Source: the human T2T-CHM13v2.0 reference genome, Homo sapiens. Taken from it: 64,000 nt of DNA. The first letter of the stretch is position 1; the number at the start of each line of letters is the position of its first letter. Positions 14,420-27,830 of the stretch are shown here, piece after piece. The stretch lies in assembly GCF_009914755.1 (NCBI RefSeq), contig NC_060929.1. One strand, given 5' to 3'. The notes under the pieces are model-generated. The model did not search any database and had not been told where the DNA came from. It saw only the letters and a program-made list of their open reading frames with translations. The translations under genes and the position numbers were made by a program.

Positions 14420-15148
14420 AATGTTATCATAAAGAAAGCAGAGAGATAAACTCCAAACTTAGAAAAGAGATTTCCAATACATAAACCAACAAGAGTTTAG
14501 TATCGAGAATAAAGGATAAAGGTAGGAAATCAATGAGAGAAATATAGCCCAGGAAAAAATCTGGGTAAATGACAGAAATAGACACCTTAGGGTAAAGGAA
14601 ATGCAAGTGATTAACATATACTTGAAAAATGTATATATAACTGATTAGTAGGCAGGAAATGCAAATTAAAACCCAAATGAGATCCTATTTTGCATCTAAG
14701 AGATTGGGAAACAATTGGGAAGTTTGATAATATCTAGTGCTGATGAGGATACAGACAAAGGAATTTCTTATCTGCTCTGGAGCATGTGTATGCATTGGTT
14801 CTACAACACCGGGAAATGATTTGGCATTATTAACTAACCCATAACTCTATTGCCGGACATATCCCTTAGGTAACTCCTGGCACATCTACAAGAATGGTCA
14901 TTTAACACACTGTAAGACCAAAAATACTATCTGAACAGTTCAAAGGCCATTAATAAGCAAGTCTGTGAATACATTGTGACACTGGAGTACTATACAGCAT
15001 GAAAAATGAATGAGTTAGGACTATGCACATTATGTAGAATCTCACAAATAATACTGTGGGAAAAATTTTTTTACAAGATTTCATACAGTATGATGCCATT
15101 TTCCTAAGCCTAAATCAAACAACTTAAATAATATCTTACTTAAAGATA
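14420..15148 (+). mobile_element. L1ME-type ORF2 3' end / 3'UTR fragment
   Basis: ggaaatgcaaattaaaacccaaatgagat...tactatacagcatgaaaaatgaatgag...aatctcacaaacata-like motifs. Confidence 0.7.
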
Positions 15149-16011
15149 CAGTAGATTCTCATTATTTGTAGTGGTTATATTCTATGAAGTTGCTGCAAAC
15201 ACTGAATTAGCAAAATACTGAAATCTACAACTATATCTCTGTCTATATTTATAAACGCACAGAGTTGGCCCTCTGTATCCATGAGTTCCACATCCCCAGG
15301 TTGTACAATCTACAGATTCAACCAACTGAGGACTGAAAATATTTTTAAAAAGTAAAAAATACAACATAAAAGTACATATTTTAAAATACAACTATTTACA
15401 TAGCACTTGTGTTGTATTAGGTATTATAAGTAACCTAGAGATGATTTAAAGTATATAAAAGCACATGCATAGGTTATATGTAACCACACCACTTTTATAC
15501 CAGGGACTTAGTCATCTGTGGGGAAGTCCTGGAAGCAATCCTCCATGGATACGGGGAACGAGGGATGACTATACGTGCTCGCATATATCTCACATAGATT
15601 ATAATCTTAAATCTTAAAAACAGCTCTTCCTGGTAGGTTCTATTTTCCTTATTTTACAAAAAAGAAGATGAGGTTCAGAAGTAAGTGAGTTATCTGAGGC
15701 CCCCACTAACAGGTGCGCACCATGCATCTGCCCCAGAATTGAAGCCCTCTTACACAGCACTGCACTGCTCCCGATCTCTATCCTCATCCACTCTTCATAG
15801 GAGCTGAAACAAGAAGCCAGAGCATCCCCTTTTTTGAACGCAACTGGGAATGGGAGCCTCACTGGAAACCAGTGAGTGACTCAAATTTTTCATCACTTTG
15901 TGCATGTCTGCAAATGACTGCAAATGTGCTGTATTGATTTAGGTGTTACAAATATATTTTAGCTAGTAAGTGAATTTGCAAATACAGAATCTGAGTAATG
16001 AGGAGGAACTG
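15149..16011. mobile_element. MER6A-like Tigger element with nested MER2
   Basis: Termini cagtagattctcattatttg ... agtaatgaggaggaactg flanked by TA; internal gagctgaaacaagaag and gactcaaattttt. Confidence 0.75.
15260..15571. mobile_element. MER2 (TcMar-Tigger)
   Basis: gttggccctctgtatccatg...tattaggtattataagtaacctagagatgatttaaagtata...atggatac..gagggatgacta. Confidence 0.8.
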
Positions 16012-16565
16012 TACACAAATATGTGCTAAAACAAAGGTCTGGCTTGGGGGTTAGATGGTGGATTAGAGTCTTACTCCTGTTTCACAATCCCCACTCTCTA
16101 TCCCTCTCTCTGTATAATGTATGCACATAAACTTGTGTAAGTATATTATCTATAATTGTATATAGATTGTGTATATTATACATATTTGTGTTTGTGTGAG
16201 TGTGTATTAGAGAGAAGCAATTCTTTGAAGTCCAGTCACAGTATTTATATTTTACCATTTTAAAACCAAGGTGGCTGTCATCCTGCCAGGGCTGAGGAAT
16301 GTAAAGGCGGTGTAAAATGAGCCCGCCTCAGGTTCAAGAATCCTCCTTTCTGGTAAGATAACAAATATTGGGATTATTCACATTTAAAAATAATTTAAAA
16401 AATTCACAGGATATCCAGAAGTTGAAGAACCTTGCCTTGCAAATTTCACTTTTAAGAGCCTGATATAGTTAGAATTTTGTCAATAATATTCTGGAGTACG
16501 TTTCATTATCTATTGAGGTAACTTTCAAAATCGGACAACCAATAAAGTGGTTCTAAGTATTTTGA

Positions 16566-16881
<316 letters not shown>

Positions 16882-17959
16882 TCCTTCAATCTTTTTTATG
16901 TATTTGTAGAATATTTTTAAAAATGGGTTAATGCATCAAAATGTAAAATATGATCCAAATTCCAGGATCATATGTATATACACACACACGCACACACACA
17001 CAAGTTATCCAAGACTTCTCAGGCCTCACACAAACGTTAAAAACTCAGATTGCACTGGCTCTTTTCCCTACTAATCACCTAGGATACCCAGGTTTCCCCA
17101 ATATTACCTAAATGCCACTTGGAATCCCCAAGGAGTGTCCAACATGTGCTCACACTCTTGGAGGAGGCTGATGGCCTGCAGGCATCACTGTAGCTTGGGG
17201 AGCCCTACTTGGAGTCCTATGTGGTCATAGGTGGCAGGGAGGGAGAACACTGCACTTCTCTGGGATTGTCCCCTGCTAGAGCCTCTGAGTCATGTTTCTG
17301 GTGCCCATATCCTACAGAGTTGTTGGAAATCTGTAGCTTTTTCTCTTCATAGGACCTAAAGGTGCACCCAGGGGCTTGAGCTGGGGACAGATTTGTGTGA
17401 TTGACATGATTCTGGACTCAGGATCACCCAGGTCCCACTAAGGTTTTGTTACCAGATGAGTTAATCGCATCTGGTTCCTTTGTCCCTAAGAGATCTCCCT
17501 TAAGATCCAAGAAAACTCTTCAAGACTGGTCCTTCAAACTATCTCAGTAAACAAACACAATATTACATATTTTGACTGTCTACCAGACTGCTGGACATGT
17601 CTAGTTATGTCTGAAACTTAGTTGTGAGAACTTTCCAGCCATAAGCCATCTCCTAATAAGCAGAGGTGTGTGTATGTGTGTGTGTGTTCACACGAAAACA
17701 CAGAGGATATCACTTAGTACTGTGACACCCCTCTCTCAACCTTTTAAATTTTCCCTCTAGTTTCCACCATGTATTACATTTATGAGAAAAATATAATGAC
17801 CACATACTCCCCAAGAAAATTACAAAGCCCCAGATACAAATAGTTTTCCCTCTCATTACTGTGAAAATAAAGTAAATTATAATTTTCACTTGTTTTTGAG
17901 AGGATATTTTAAAACCCATTTCCCATTATCATTAGAATTTGTAGATGATGTGGAACCAC

Positions 17960-18340
17960 CGAATAGTCAATGTGCCTGCAAATGTCAATAGACCTTTCTA
18001 TAGATCAGCAATTATTAGTTATAAAATAAAATGGAAGTGTATCCCACACTCAATAGCAGTAAAAGACACAAAATGACTAGAAACCCTCAACAAGAAATGT
18101 GTGAAACCTAAATGAAATAATACTTTCTTGAGAGAGAAAATAATTGAATATCCCAGGTACTTGATGGCTGAATGGCAATATTGCCTGTCAAAATTATGTC
18201 AGTTATTCACAAGTTAACGTGTAGTCATATGACAAGTATGACTAACACCCTAGTGAAGATTTTTGGAAGAAACTGACAAAGTTATTTTAAACTGATCTGC
18301 AGGTATAAAAATAGCTAAAAAATGTGGAAAATGAGGACCA
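17960..18340 (+). mobile_element. L1M ORF2 fragment
   Basis: caatagcagtaaaagacac...caagaaatgtgtgaaacc...gaaactgacaaagttattttaaa. Confidence 0.6.
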
Positions 18341-18473
18341 TTTCTGGCTCCTGTTAAGATGGTGGATTCTCATGGCCTCCTGCCACCCTGCCCAGTAGCA
18401 ACCCTAGAAAAACTATTGGAAGTAAGAAGAAAGCATGGAACTAAGTGAAAGCAAGACCCCTGTCGGGAGTGAA

Positions 18474-18476
<3 letters not shown>

Positions 18477-18508
<32 letters not shown>

Positions 18509-18894
18509 TTTGTATGTGTGTCTGTGTCTCTGCGTGTGTCTCTGAATGTGCGTGTGTCCTTGTGTGTGTCTGTCTCTATATGTGTGTGTTTCTGTATGTG
18601 TCTGTGTGTCTGCATATCTCTATATGTGTGTGGCTGTGTGTCTGTGTGTATGTCTGTATGTGTCTCTGTCTATGTGCTTCTTTGTGTCTCTGAATGTGTG
18701 TCTTTGTGTGTCTGTCTATGTGACTGTGTGTCATACAATGTGTCTGAATGTCTGAATGTGTGCCTGTGTGTCTTTGGTGAGTCTGTATGTGTCTGTGTGC
18801 ATGTGCCTCTGTGTATGTGTGTGCCTGTCTGTGTATGTGTGCCTCTCTGTGTATGTGTGTGCGTCTCTGTGTGTGTGTGTGTGTGTGTGTGTGT
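18477..18894. repeat. Compound (TG)n / TG-rich microsatellite
   Basis: About 415 bp of degenerate TG/TGTC/TGTA units bounded by pure (TG)n tracts. Confidence 0.95.
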
Positions 18895-19189
18895 AGGTCT
18901 GGGGTAGGTGAGATGGTTGCAGGCTGGACACAGAGCAACCAGTGGAAATTGAGAGAGGACAGGTTGGAGAAACAAAATTCTGCTTTCCCATGTGGCCTCT
19001 GTATAAACCTTCCCTACCCTAATGCCCTAGAAACAACCTCCACAGCTCAGGGCACTGATGTCCTGGTTATATCAGGGCAGCCACAGCCCTGCTGGGAGGA
19101 GCAGTTGATGAAGGACGTTCATGCTTCTCTCCTTTTTTCATATCTCAAAATTTGGTGAATTTCTATATTAAAAAATTTGCCTTCTAACA

Positions 19190-19870
19190 ATGTTACTTCC
19201 AAGAGTTTAAAGGAACACAGATAAAGCAGGTCATTGTATACACAGCTTAAAATACATTTATTGGAAAATAAAAATGGTTAAAAGCAACACTTAGCTAAGG
19301 ATTTAACTCACAAGGTACAGAAAAAGCAATAGAACATTCAAAGAAACAAGAAAAAAAAGATAAATATATAATGTGTAAAATAGTGCATGTATCTGTACCC
19401 ACACCTGCAAATGACACAGAGGTTAACTAAGTCCAAAGTTATTTCTTTAAAAATATTTGCAATATAGATAGGTTTCTAGAGTGAATAAATCAAGAAAAAA
19501 TATGCAAGTAAACCAAGTACAGAATGAAAAGGGAGAAATTTCTACAGAAAGCACAAGTTTTTTAAAAAAACAAAATGACTAAATTTGAACTTAGTGAAAT
19601 GCATAAATTTTTGAAAATATGCCAAAATCAGTATAATAGAAAACTTGCATGAACCAATAAGTATGAAAGAATGAAATATTAAAGTATTAAGAAATGACAG
19701 TAAAGCACTTTTCTTTCAGAATCCCCAGTCCAGAGAGCTACACAGTTGATTGCTATTGTATTTTTTAAAACTCAGTTAATTGATGACTTACATAAGTTGT
19801 TCCAGCAAGTATTTGCAAAGTACAAAAAATACAAAAAGAACAAAAGTTTTCTAATCTAAACAAAGGTATA
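19190..19870 (+). mobile_element. L1M ORF2 fragments
   Basis: A-rich L1-like sequence, e.g. aagtccaaagttatttcttt, gtgaaatgcataaatttttgaaaa, ttacataagttgttccag. Confidence 0.6.
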
Positions 19871-19884
19871 TATTAATCATAGAT

Positions 19885-20620
19885 TTTTTATTCTGCAATC
19901 TTTAATTGAATTTTTATATTGAAATAATTTTAGACACAGAAAGTTTACAAAAACAGAACTGCTTATACTCTTTAGCTAGCTTTCTCAAATGTTAAAAATC
20001 TTGCATAATCGTAGTACAATTATAAAAACTAAAACATCCATACAATGCTACTAACTAACCTAAAGATTAAGGGGGACATTATATGTCTTGTTACTGATGT
20101 TAACCTTAATCATTTGGAGATGTCTCCCAGATGTCTCCACTGTAAAGCTGCTATCTTTCCCTTTGTAATTAGTAAAGTATTGGGGGAAGATACTTTGAGG
20201 TTATGCAAATACTGTTTCTCCTTAAAGTTTTGCCCACTAGTTTTAGCATTCATCGGTTGATCTTGCCTGCAGTAATGATTACTGTGGTATTCTAATGGTG
20301 ATATTCTATTTCCCTCATTTCTTCTAATATTTATTAGAATTCTAGTTTTTTTAAAAGCCATCTTTTTTCTTCCATGAATTAATTACTTAATATCAGCATG
20401 GCCTCATGGACATTTATTTTATTCCATGGGTTATAATCCAATACTGCTGTTAAATATTTTGTTGCTCAAGTTGTTTCAGTTTTGGCCACTGAGGTCTCTT
20501 TCAGTTTGGCTCCTGTGCCCTCTGCAACAATGCCCCTATCCTTTCTCCAGAACTTTTATTTTCTGGCATTACAAGATGCTAAAGGCTTTTCTTACATTTT
20601 CCCTACTCCAGCTTGTTTTA
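19885..20620 (-). mobile_element. L1MB/MC 3'UTR fragment
   Basis: tgatgttaaccttaatcatttgg...ttgggggaagatactttgagg...gggttataatccaatact. Confidence 0.75.
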
Positions 20621-21370
20621 TAAGCCTAATATAATCTTGGTTCCAACAGCAGATAAGAACAACATGGAAAAAGAAACATAGACCTATTTAACTTGTGAAT
20701 ATAGACGCAAAAAAATTCCAAATAAGATAGAAATCCAGCCATGCATAAAAAGTAACATTGTAATCAAGTGTTGTTAATACAAGGAATGCAAGAATGCTTG
20801 GCATGAAAAACTCAAATAGTGGTATCATGTAATCCAGCAATCCCACTTCCGGGTACGTATCCAAAAGAAGTGAAATCAGGATCTCAATCTGTTCTCCCAT
20901 GATCATGGTGGCACTATTCACAATAGCCAAGATACAGAAGCAACCCAAGTGTCCACAGACAGATGAATGGATAAAGAAAACATGGTGTATACATATAACG
21001 GGAATACTATTCAGTCTTAAAAAAGAAAGTAATCCTGAATTTGTGATGACGTGAATGAATCTGGGGGACATTGCGCTAAGTGAAATGAACCAGTCATTAT
21101 GCTAAGTGAAATGAACAGAAGGAAAAATGCTGCCTGGTTCCACTCACATGAGTTATCTAAGATAGGCACACTCATAGATGCAAAGGATACAATATGTATG
21201 ACCAGGAAGTACATAGGAAAGTGTTTAATGTCATTAATCGTAGGGAAATGCAAGTTAAAACCACAATGACATACCATACACCCACTGGAATGTCTACAGT
21301 TTTAAAAGACTGACAATGCCAAATGTCAACAAGGCTGTGGAACGCCCCACACATTTATACAATGCTGGTG
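20620..21370 (+). mobile_element. L1 fragments (ORF2 piece, L1MA 3' end, older L1M piece)
   Basis: atccagcaatcccacttc...cacaatagccaagata...caacccaagtgtccac...gatgaatggataaagaaaa. Confidence 0.8.
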
Positions 21371-21371
21371 G

Positions 21372-22228
21372 CAGCGATGAATCAAGGGTGAGGGGGAGGA
21401 AGTGGTCATCCAGAGCAAAGGTTGTTAGGAGGTGGGTGCATTGCCTTCAGAGAATTTAAAAACAATAATAAACCTGATTATAAGTCAGTCTGCTTTTTAT
21501 TATCAACATATGCTGGCAATTCTAAACAACATTAGTGATAAAATCCTTCTCCCTGAAAAATATCTTTTTGTTGGTCTAAGAGCTAAACAGTTTTTGAGGT
21601 TACTCTGGAATTTTAATAATGTATATGTAAGCATCAGATTAGCACATTTTATTATCTGTCCTTTGATAATCACTGTATATTGCACAGAAGTCCAGTTACT
21701 CCCAGTTATACAGCCAGTCCCTACACATTCAGATTCAGCTACATGTGTTTAGAGAATGAGCCTCTTATGGTTTGGAATCTTTTCAGCTGCCTTCAGAGCA
21801 CAATTTTAGTCTGCAGCCCACTACATATGCCTGCATTTAAACAGTAGATTGAAATAAACAATGAAAGCACTGTGAGTGTAAAGTCAAAATAACAGAACTT
21901 TAGTTACTTTAATTCTGTCATTCTATGTGACCACTTGCAATTTTCATTTGCTTAAAATTTAAAACAGAAGTAGAGTGCAAACTGCAAGGTTTTATGTTTC
22001 TGTTTAGATATGTAAAAAATTTTATTCCTGCATGAATATATTTGAGTGACATTTTAAAAATTGAACTTTGTTCAATTAACTGGTCATTTAAACTTAAGAA
22101 TGAATCAGTAAAATAATGATCATCACTGATTACTACATGAATGCTACTGAAAATAATTTTGTTATATAGAAGAAAAGAATGCTAAAAATTATCTACTTCA
22201 AGTGTTAAATACTCTAGATACACCACTA
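21372..22228. mobile_element. hAT (Tip100, MER97-like) DNA transposon inserted in L1
   Basis: ggtgcattg..gagaatttaaaacaataataa..gtctgctttttattatca..ggcaattctaaacaa; host L1 resumes after it; degenerate 8-bp flanks gctggtgg / tccagtgg. Confidence 0.65.
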
Positions 22229-23870
22229 TCCAGTGGGTATATAAAATGATACGATCACGTTTAAAAAGGTTTGAAGATTTCTTTAAACATACATCTACCT
22301 ACCCTTGGCCCAGTAATTCTATTCCTAGGTTTTTATCCAAGAGAAATGAAAACAGGTCTACAAAAGTTTGTGCAAGAATGAACATAGCTTTACTCACAAT
22401 AGCAAAAAACTGGAAGCAACCCAAATGTTCAATAACTGGAGAATGGCTAAACAAATTGTAGTAGCCATAAATGAAATGCTTTTCATCAATAAAAGAATAA
22501 ACCACTGAAATATGCAATGTGACTAAATCTCAGCCATTATTAGGCTAAGTGAAAGAATACAGAAAAGAGAGATAAGTACGGGGATATTCATTATTCATTA
22601 AGCTATTCTGTTTTCTTTGTATATTTAAAAAAATTCCCATATTGAAAATTAAAACATGTATATAAAACAACAGTGCATGAATATGTGTTTTACAAGAGCA
22701 CATATAAAGAAAAGTATAGATATCAAGTACGTTAAAATTGTTGCTTATGGGGGAAGTAGGAGATTTAAGTGTGGGAAGATGGAGGTACTACAGAACAAAA
22801 TAGTAAAATGAGATTCTCCTTAAACAAAACAACAATAGCGTGTGGTGAACTATGGAGGAAGATGATCCCAGTCCTCTAAACCCAATGTCTCTCCTCCTGC
22901 AACCACCCCCCCCAAAAAAATAGTGGGGTATTTATCTTAAAATAGGTTAAATATATATCATAGAGCTATAACTGTTAAAGCAGTATGGCATTGATTCAAA
23001 ATTAGAGCTATAGATCAATGACTGACAAGAGATAGTTCAAAAACAGGCCCCAGTATACTCCAGAATTTAATATTTGACAAAGGTGCCATCTTCAATCAAT
23101 TGGGGAGGAAGTGGTCCTGGAATAACTGAATGGCTATTGTGGGGAGGGTGGCCAAATTTAGAGACTCAGCTCATATCAAATACAAAGAAATATATTATAC
23201 TTTTCAAACATCTGGATTGCCATATTTAAAAGTGATAGAAAAATAAGAAAATATTACAGATTTTCTTGCAAAAAAGGTTAAAATATCTTCATGTCAAAAA
23301 CAGCATAAAGAGAACTAATTTGAATACAATAAACTGAAAGAAATATTTGGAGCTTTAAACAAATTTAGAGGGGTCACACAATTTGATAGTCAAAACACCA
23401 ACATTCCAAAAACCAATAGGTAAAGGAAATGGAACAGAAAACTCGCAAAGGAGGAAAAACGATTGGAAAGCTCAGTAGTAATAAAATAAATGGAACTTAA
23501 AACAAGTGTTACCATTTTTTAATTTATTAAATTCACTTTTATAAATAAGAATATTAAAAGAGCACAGTAAGGTGGGCATTTCCCTGCCCCACTCTAAGTG
23601 AAGATTAGCAGCCCAATTTTATAAGATAATTTTACATATAAGTAAGAAGAAATAAAAGGAAATACATAAATAAAACATCGTACCATGCTCTCTTCTTTTT
23701 CTCATTATTCAATTTGTAGCAACTCTAAGGAAACAACCCAAACTGTAGTAAAGTTTCTATGTGTAACAAGTACATTGTAGTTACAACCTAAATATCTGTC
23801 AATAAAGAAGTATGGATATAAATTTGTTCACCCTATGATAAGATATTATGTAGCTGTTAAATTTCATGAA
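22229..23870 (+). mobile_element. L1ME ORF2 3' end / 3'UTR fragments
   Basis: Translation NIALLTIAKNWKQPKCS (ORF 22246..22461); atatttgacaaaggtgcc. Confidence 0.7.
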
Positions 23871-24368
23871 TACTTTTAAAATTAAAATTTGATAAATACA
23901 CGTATTTTAAAAATTCAATTGTATTCAAAGTCTCATAGCAAACCTCAGCAACTTCATGCTCCATCCTTCCTCCCTCCCAGTTTATGCCACCCCCAGAGGC
24001 AGACATTTACAACTCTCCTGAGTCTCTACTATCAGAAACATTCATATTTCTAAACCAAGAGTGCCTTCTCTTGGTTTGTTAATCTGAGGCTTAATTCTTG
24101 TCTTCCTATTATGCTAAACAAAGATTTAGCTCTCTTTAATCTTTTTTCCCATGACATCCCCTTAATTCTCTGAATAATTATGTCACAATTATTCATTTAA
24201 GTAAAAGATAATGTTTACATTATTACTGTGTAAATATTGTTTGTTAGTAAACCAAATAAGAAAGGTTTACATTTCCTTATTTGTGGAATGTTTTTCTAAT
24301 TATTTCATTGACATTATTTTGCTAAATTTTCTATGTGCCTGTTGATATACTTAAAAAATGAAATTCTA

Positions 24369-24700
24369 GGCCGAGCCTGGTAGCTTATGCCTGTAATGCC
24401 AGCATTTTGGGAGGCCCAGGTGGGAGGATCTCTTAAGGTCAGGAGTTGGAGACTAGCCTAGGCAACATAGTGAGACCACATCTTTACATAAAATTGTTAA
24501 AAATTAGCCAGGCATGGTGGTGTAGTCTAGCTACACCACCAGACTAAGGCCTGTAGTCTTAGCTGCTTGGAGCACTGGGGCTAGAGGAGTGCTGGAGCCC
24601 AGGAGTTCAAGGCTGCAGTGTGTAATGATTGTGCCACTGCACTTCACCTTGGATGATAGAGCAAGATCTCATCTCTTAAACAACAACAACAACAAAAAAC
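24369..24700 (+). mobile_element. AluJ with internal inverted duplication
   Basis: J-type dimer (gagcccaggagttcaaggctgcagt), (AAC)n tail. Confidence 0.9.
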
Positions 24701-25611
24701 AGATCTTAATTATCTTCCAAACAGCCCAAATATTAGATACCAGTTCATTTTTCCCTGGGAGACCCCTTCCCTGTCACCCTGTCCTTCACCTGCCTGCTCT
24801 GTGCCCAGGGCCCTCTCAGCCTGAGGGGCAGCTGTCCACCTGGCACTTCCCTTTGCCAGGGCCTCGTGTTAGGTCCCTTAGAGATCCCATTTTCTTTTTT
24901 CTCGATTAGTCCTTCACATTGGTAAAGAACAACCTCTAGCAGTTCCTAAGAAAGGGTGCATGGAAGGTAAGTATTTGGAAGCAATGTGTGTCTAAAAATG
25001 TTTATTCCATTCTCATGGTTATAGAATATGTAGAAAATAATTTCTTCTCAGAATTTTGAAATCCTTCCTCAATATAGTCTACCTCCCGATATTGATGTTG
25101 TGAAATTTGGTGTAAATATCATTCCTGATCTGTTCTGATCTGTTCCCCTTCTCCATGGGTGCTTTTTTCTTTTCGTTCCCAGTGTTCAAGTTTCATAACA
25201 ATATTTTTGGCCTGGGTGTGTTTGCCTTCATTGTGCTGGAAATTTTATGAGCCTCTTAAATCTGGTGACTCATTTTTTTCATTACTTCTTTAAAAATTTC
25301 CCCCCGTTTTCCTGTTTTTCCTGGAAGTTTACTTAGTTAAGCATTGGACTTATTTGATGCTCTAACTTTCTTGTCTTTTCTCTGTCCTCTACTTATTTGC
25401 CTTTTAATTCTACTTTCTGGGAGAGTCTCCTGACTTTATGGTAGAATGCTTCTGTTGAATTTCACATTCAGCCTTCATGTTTCTGATTTCCAAGACCTTC
25501 TGTTCTTGATTGCTCTTATCCCTTACTTCCTTACACCTTACTTCCTATTTGTGTTTGCAGATGCCATATCTTCTCAAAGTGAAAAAATATATTTGCATTT
25601 AAACTGCTAGG

Positions 25612-25750
25612 CTTGGAAGTGACACCAATCACTCTGCTCACATTCCAGTGGGAAGAACCAGTCATTATGGCCTCACCTAGATGTAGGAGGTTGGACAATG
25701 TACTCTAGTGGAGTGTCCAGGAAGAGAGAACATTAGCAGCGTCTTCCACA
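25612..25750 (-). mobile_element. MLT1J/K-like fragment
   Basis: tcactctgctcacattccagtggg...gtgtccaggaagag...tcttccaca. Confidence 0.55.
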
Positions 25751-26736
25751 GAGGATTTCCCTGGTTAGATTACCTTTGGTTTTCTGTTCATTTTTAAGAG
25801 CTAACTACTAAAAACTTTGTTGAAAGCCCCGTGTGTATATGCTAGACATGTCATTCCTTAACTGGAGATTACGTGGTAACAAGATGGCTTTTTTTGTTGT
25901 TGGGGGACCCTCAAATATCAGTATCTGAAGTTTTTTTCTCCAGGGACATTTTTTATTTGTTTTTGCAGGGGGCTGGGGAGTATATATTTAGTTGTTAGCG
26001 TTTCGAAGCAGAAGGAACAGAGCTAGGGAGGGTTTGTCTAATTCATACCTAAAATTTCACTTAATTCTTCTGAATTTATGTCCAGGTTTCTTTCTCCTCC
26101 TCCCCTTCTGTGTTTGGTTTCTCTGAGTCCAGATTTTCTCTGGTTCAATTTATTTAGAGACTAAACTTCAGGTTTCCTGCGGGAGAGGAGGGGGCTGAGA
26201 ATCCAGCTAGTTCCACGTTAAGACATGAACCAATCCTCCTGCATTTGGTTCTGCATCTCATTCCACCCCTCAGTAATACCTGCTGCCACCAAGTCCTGGG
26301 CCTTCCTGAGTTCTGTAGGGTGAAATAGTCATTCTTGGCCTATCTATCACTGCAGACCTTGGGGTTGTGGCCTCTGCTCTGAAAAATCATAACATTGCTT
26401 CTCCATGAGCTCCTAAAAAATTATTGCAGAGTCTTACTTGCTCTTGTCTTTCTCTCATTCTTTGTCCCTGTAATTGTATATGTTTTAAACTCCTTTACTC
26501 TCATCTTAAATGGATTTTAGAAAGGAGAAGATATGAACAAATGTGGTCAATATGTCATATCCAATGAGAAGCTTGTAAGTAATTTCATAATCCTCAGTAT
26601 AAAAAAGACATACAAACTGTATAAATAGTGCGATCCCAAGCAGGTTAAAATGTATAGAAAAAATATAGGAAGGAATACATAAAATGTGAATTTTTTATTA
26701 CTTATGTCTGACTGATGGAATAATAGTAATTTTTAG

Positions 26737-27071
<335 letters not shown>

Positions 27072-27120
27072 ATCTCAACTCTTTTATTTCTAAGTATTCT
27101 TGCTGAGCATGATTGACTTT

Positions 27121-27416
27121 ACTATTACTATTATTTTTGAGACAAGGTCTGGTTCTGTCACCCAGGCTGGAGTGCAGTGGTGCAATCTTAGCTTACTGCA
27201 GCCTCAAACTCCTGGGCTTAAGTGATCCTCAGCTAAGCCTCCTGAGTAACTGGGACAACAAGCATACACTCATGCTGGCTAACTTAAAAAAAATTTTACA
27301 GAAACAAGGTCTCGCTGTGTTGCCCAAGCTGGTCTCAAACTCCTGGCCTCAAGGCATGCTCCTGCCTCAGCCTCCCAAGTCACTGGGATTAGAGATGCAA
27401 GCCACCATGCCCAGCT
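27121..27416 (-). mobile_element. AluJ
   Basis: Antisense J-type dimer; degenerate TSD tgagcatgattgacttt / tgagtatgacttacttt. Confidence 0.9.
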
Positions 27417-27619
27417 TGAGTATGACTTACTTTTGTAATCAAAATAAACTAAATATTTTTTAAAAATACTCTTTAAAGTAGAGAAAATATTAAGAGGCAA
27501 TTAGGAGATTATCTCAGTTGGAAGTGTTTTTCTCTAGGCATAGCATGTACAATTGAAATGGATCTTGTGGATTCTATCACCAATGGATAAGTAGACACAC
27601 ATAATGCTAACATTGTATG

Positions 27620-27830
27620 TTTGCTTTGTGTCAAACACTTTACTCAGTATTTCATTTAATGGTTATAATGATTCCAGAGGTAGGCATTATTTTCTTCCCC
27701 ATTTATAGATGAGGAAACTAAGGCGCAGATGTAGGAAGTACATGGTCCCATGCTGGTATATGAAGAGCCAGGTTTTGGACCTACTAAGTTTAATTCTAAG
27801 GAGACACCCTTAATCATTATATTATAGTCT
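27620..27830 (-). mobile_element. MIR
   Basis: cccatttatagatgaggaaactaaggc core. Confidence 0.75.

Larger units (their letters stand above)
23880..26570 (-). mobile_element. Old L1M/HAL1-like antisense fragments hosting an Alu and an MLT1 piece
   Basis: T-rich L1-antisense composition: ttctcagaattttgaa, tctactttctgggagag, atggattttagaaaggagaag. Confidence 0.45.

Noticed and set aside
18370-19158. Cys/Val-rich and His/Thr-rich ORFs of up to 141 aa
   Set aside because: Artefacts of the stop-free TG/CA microsatellite
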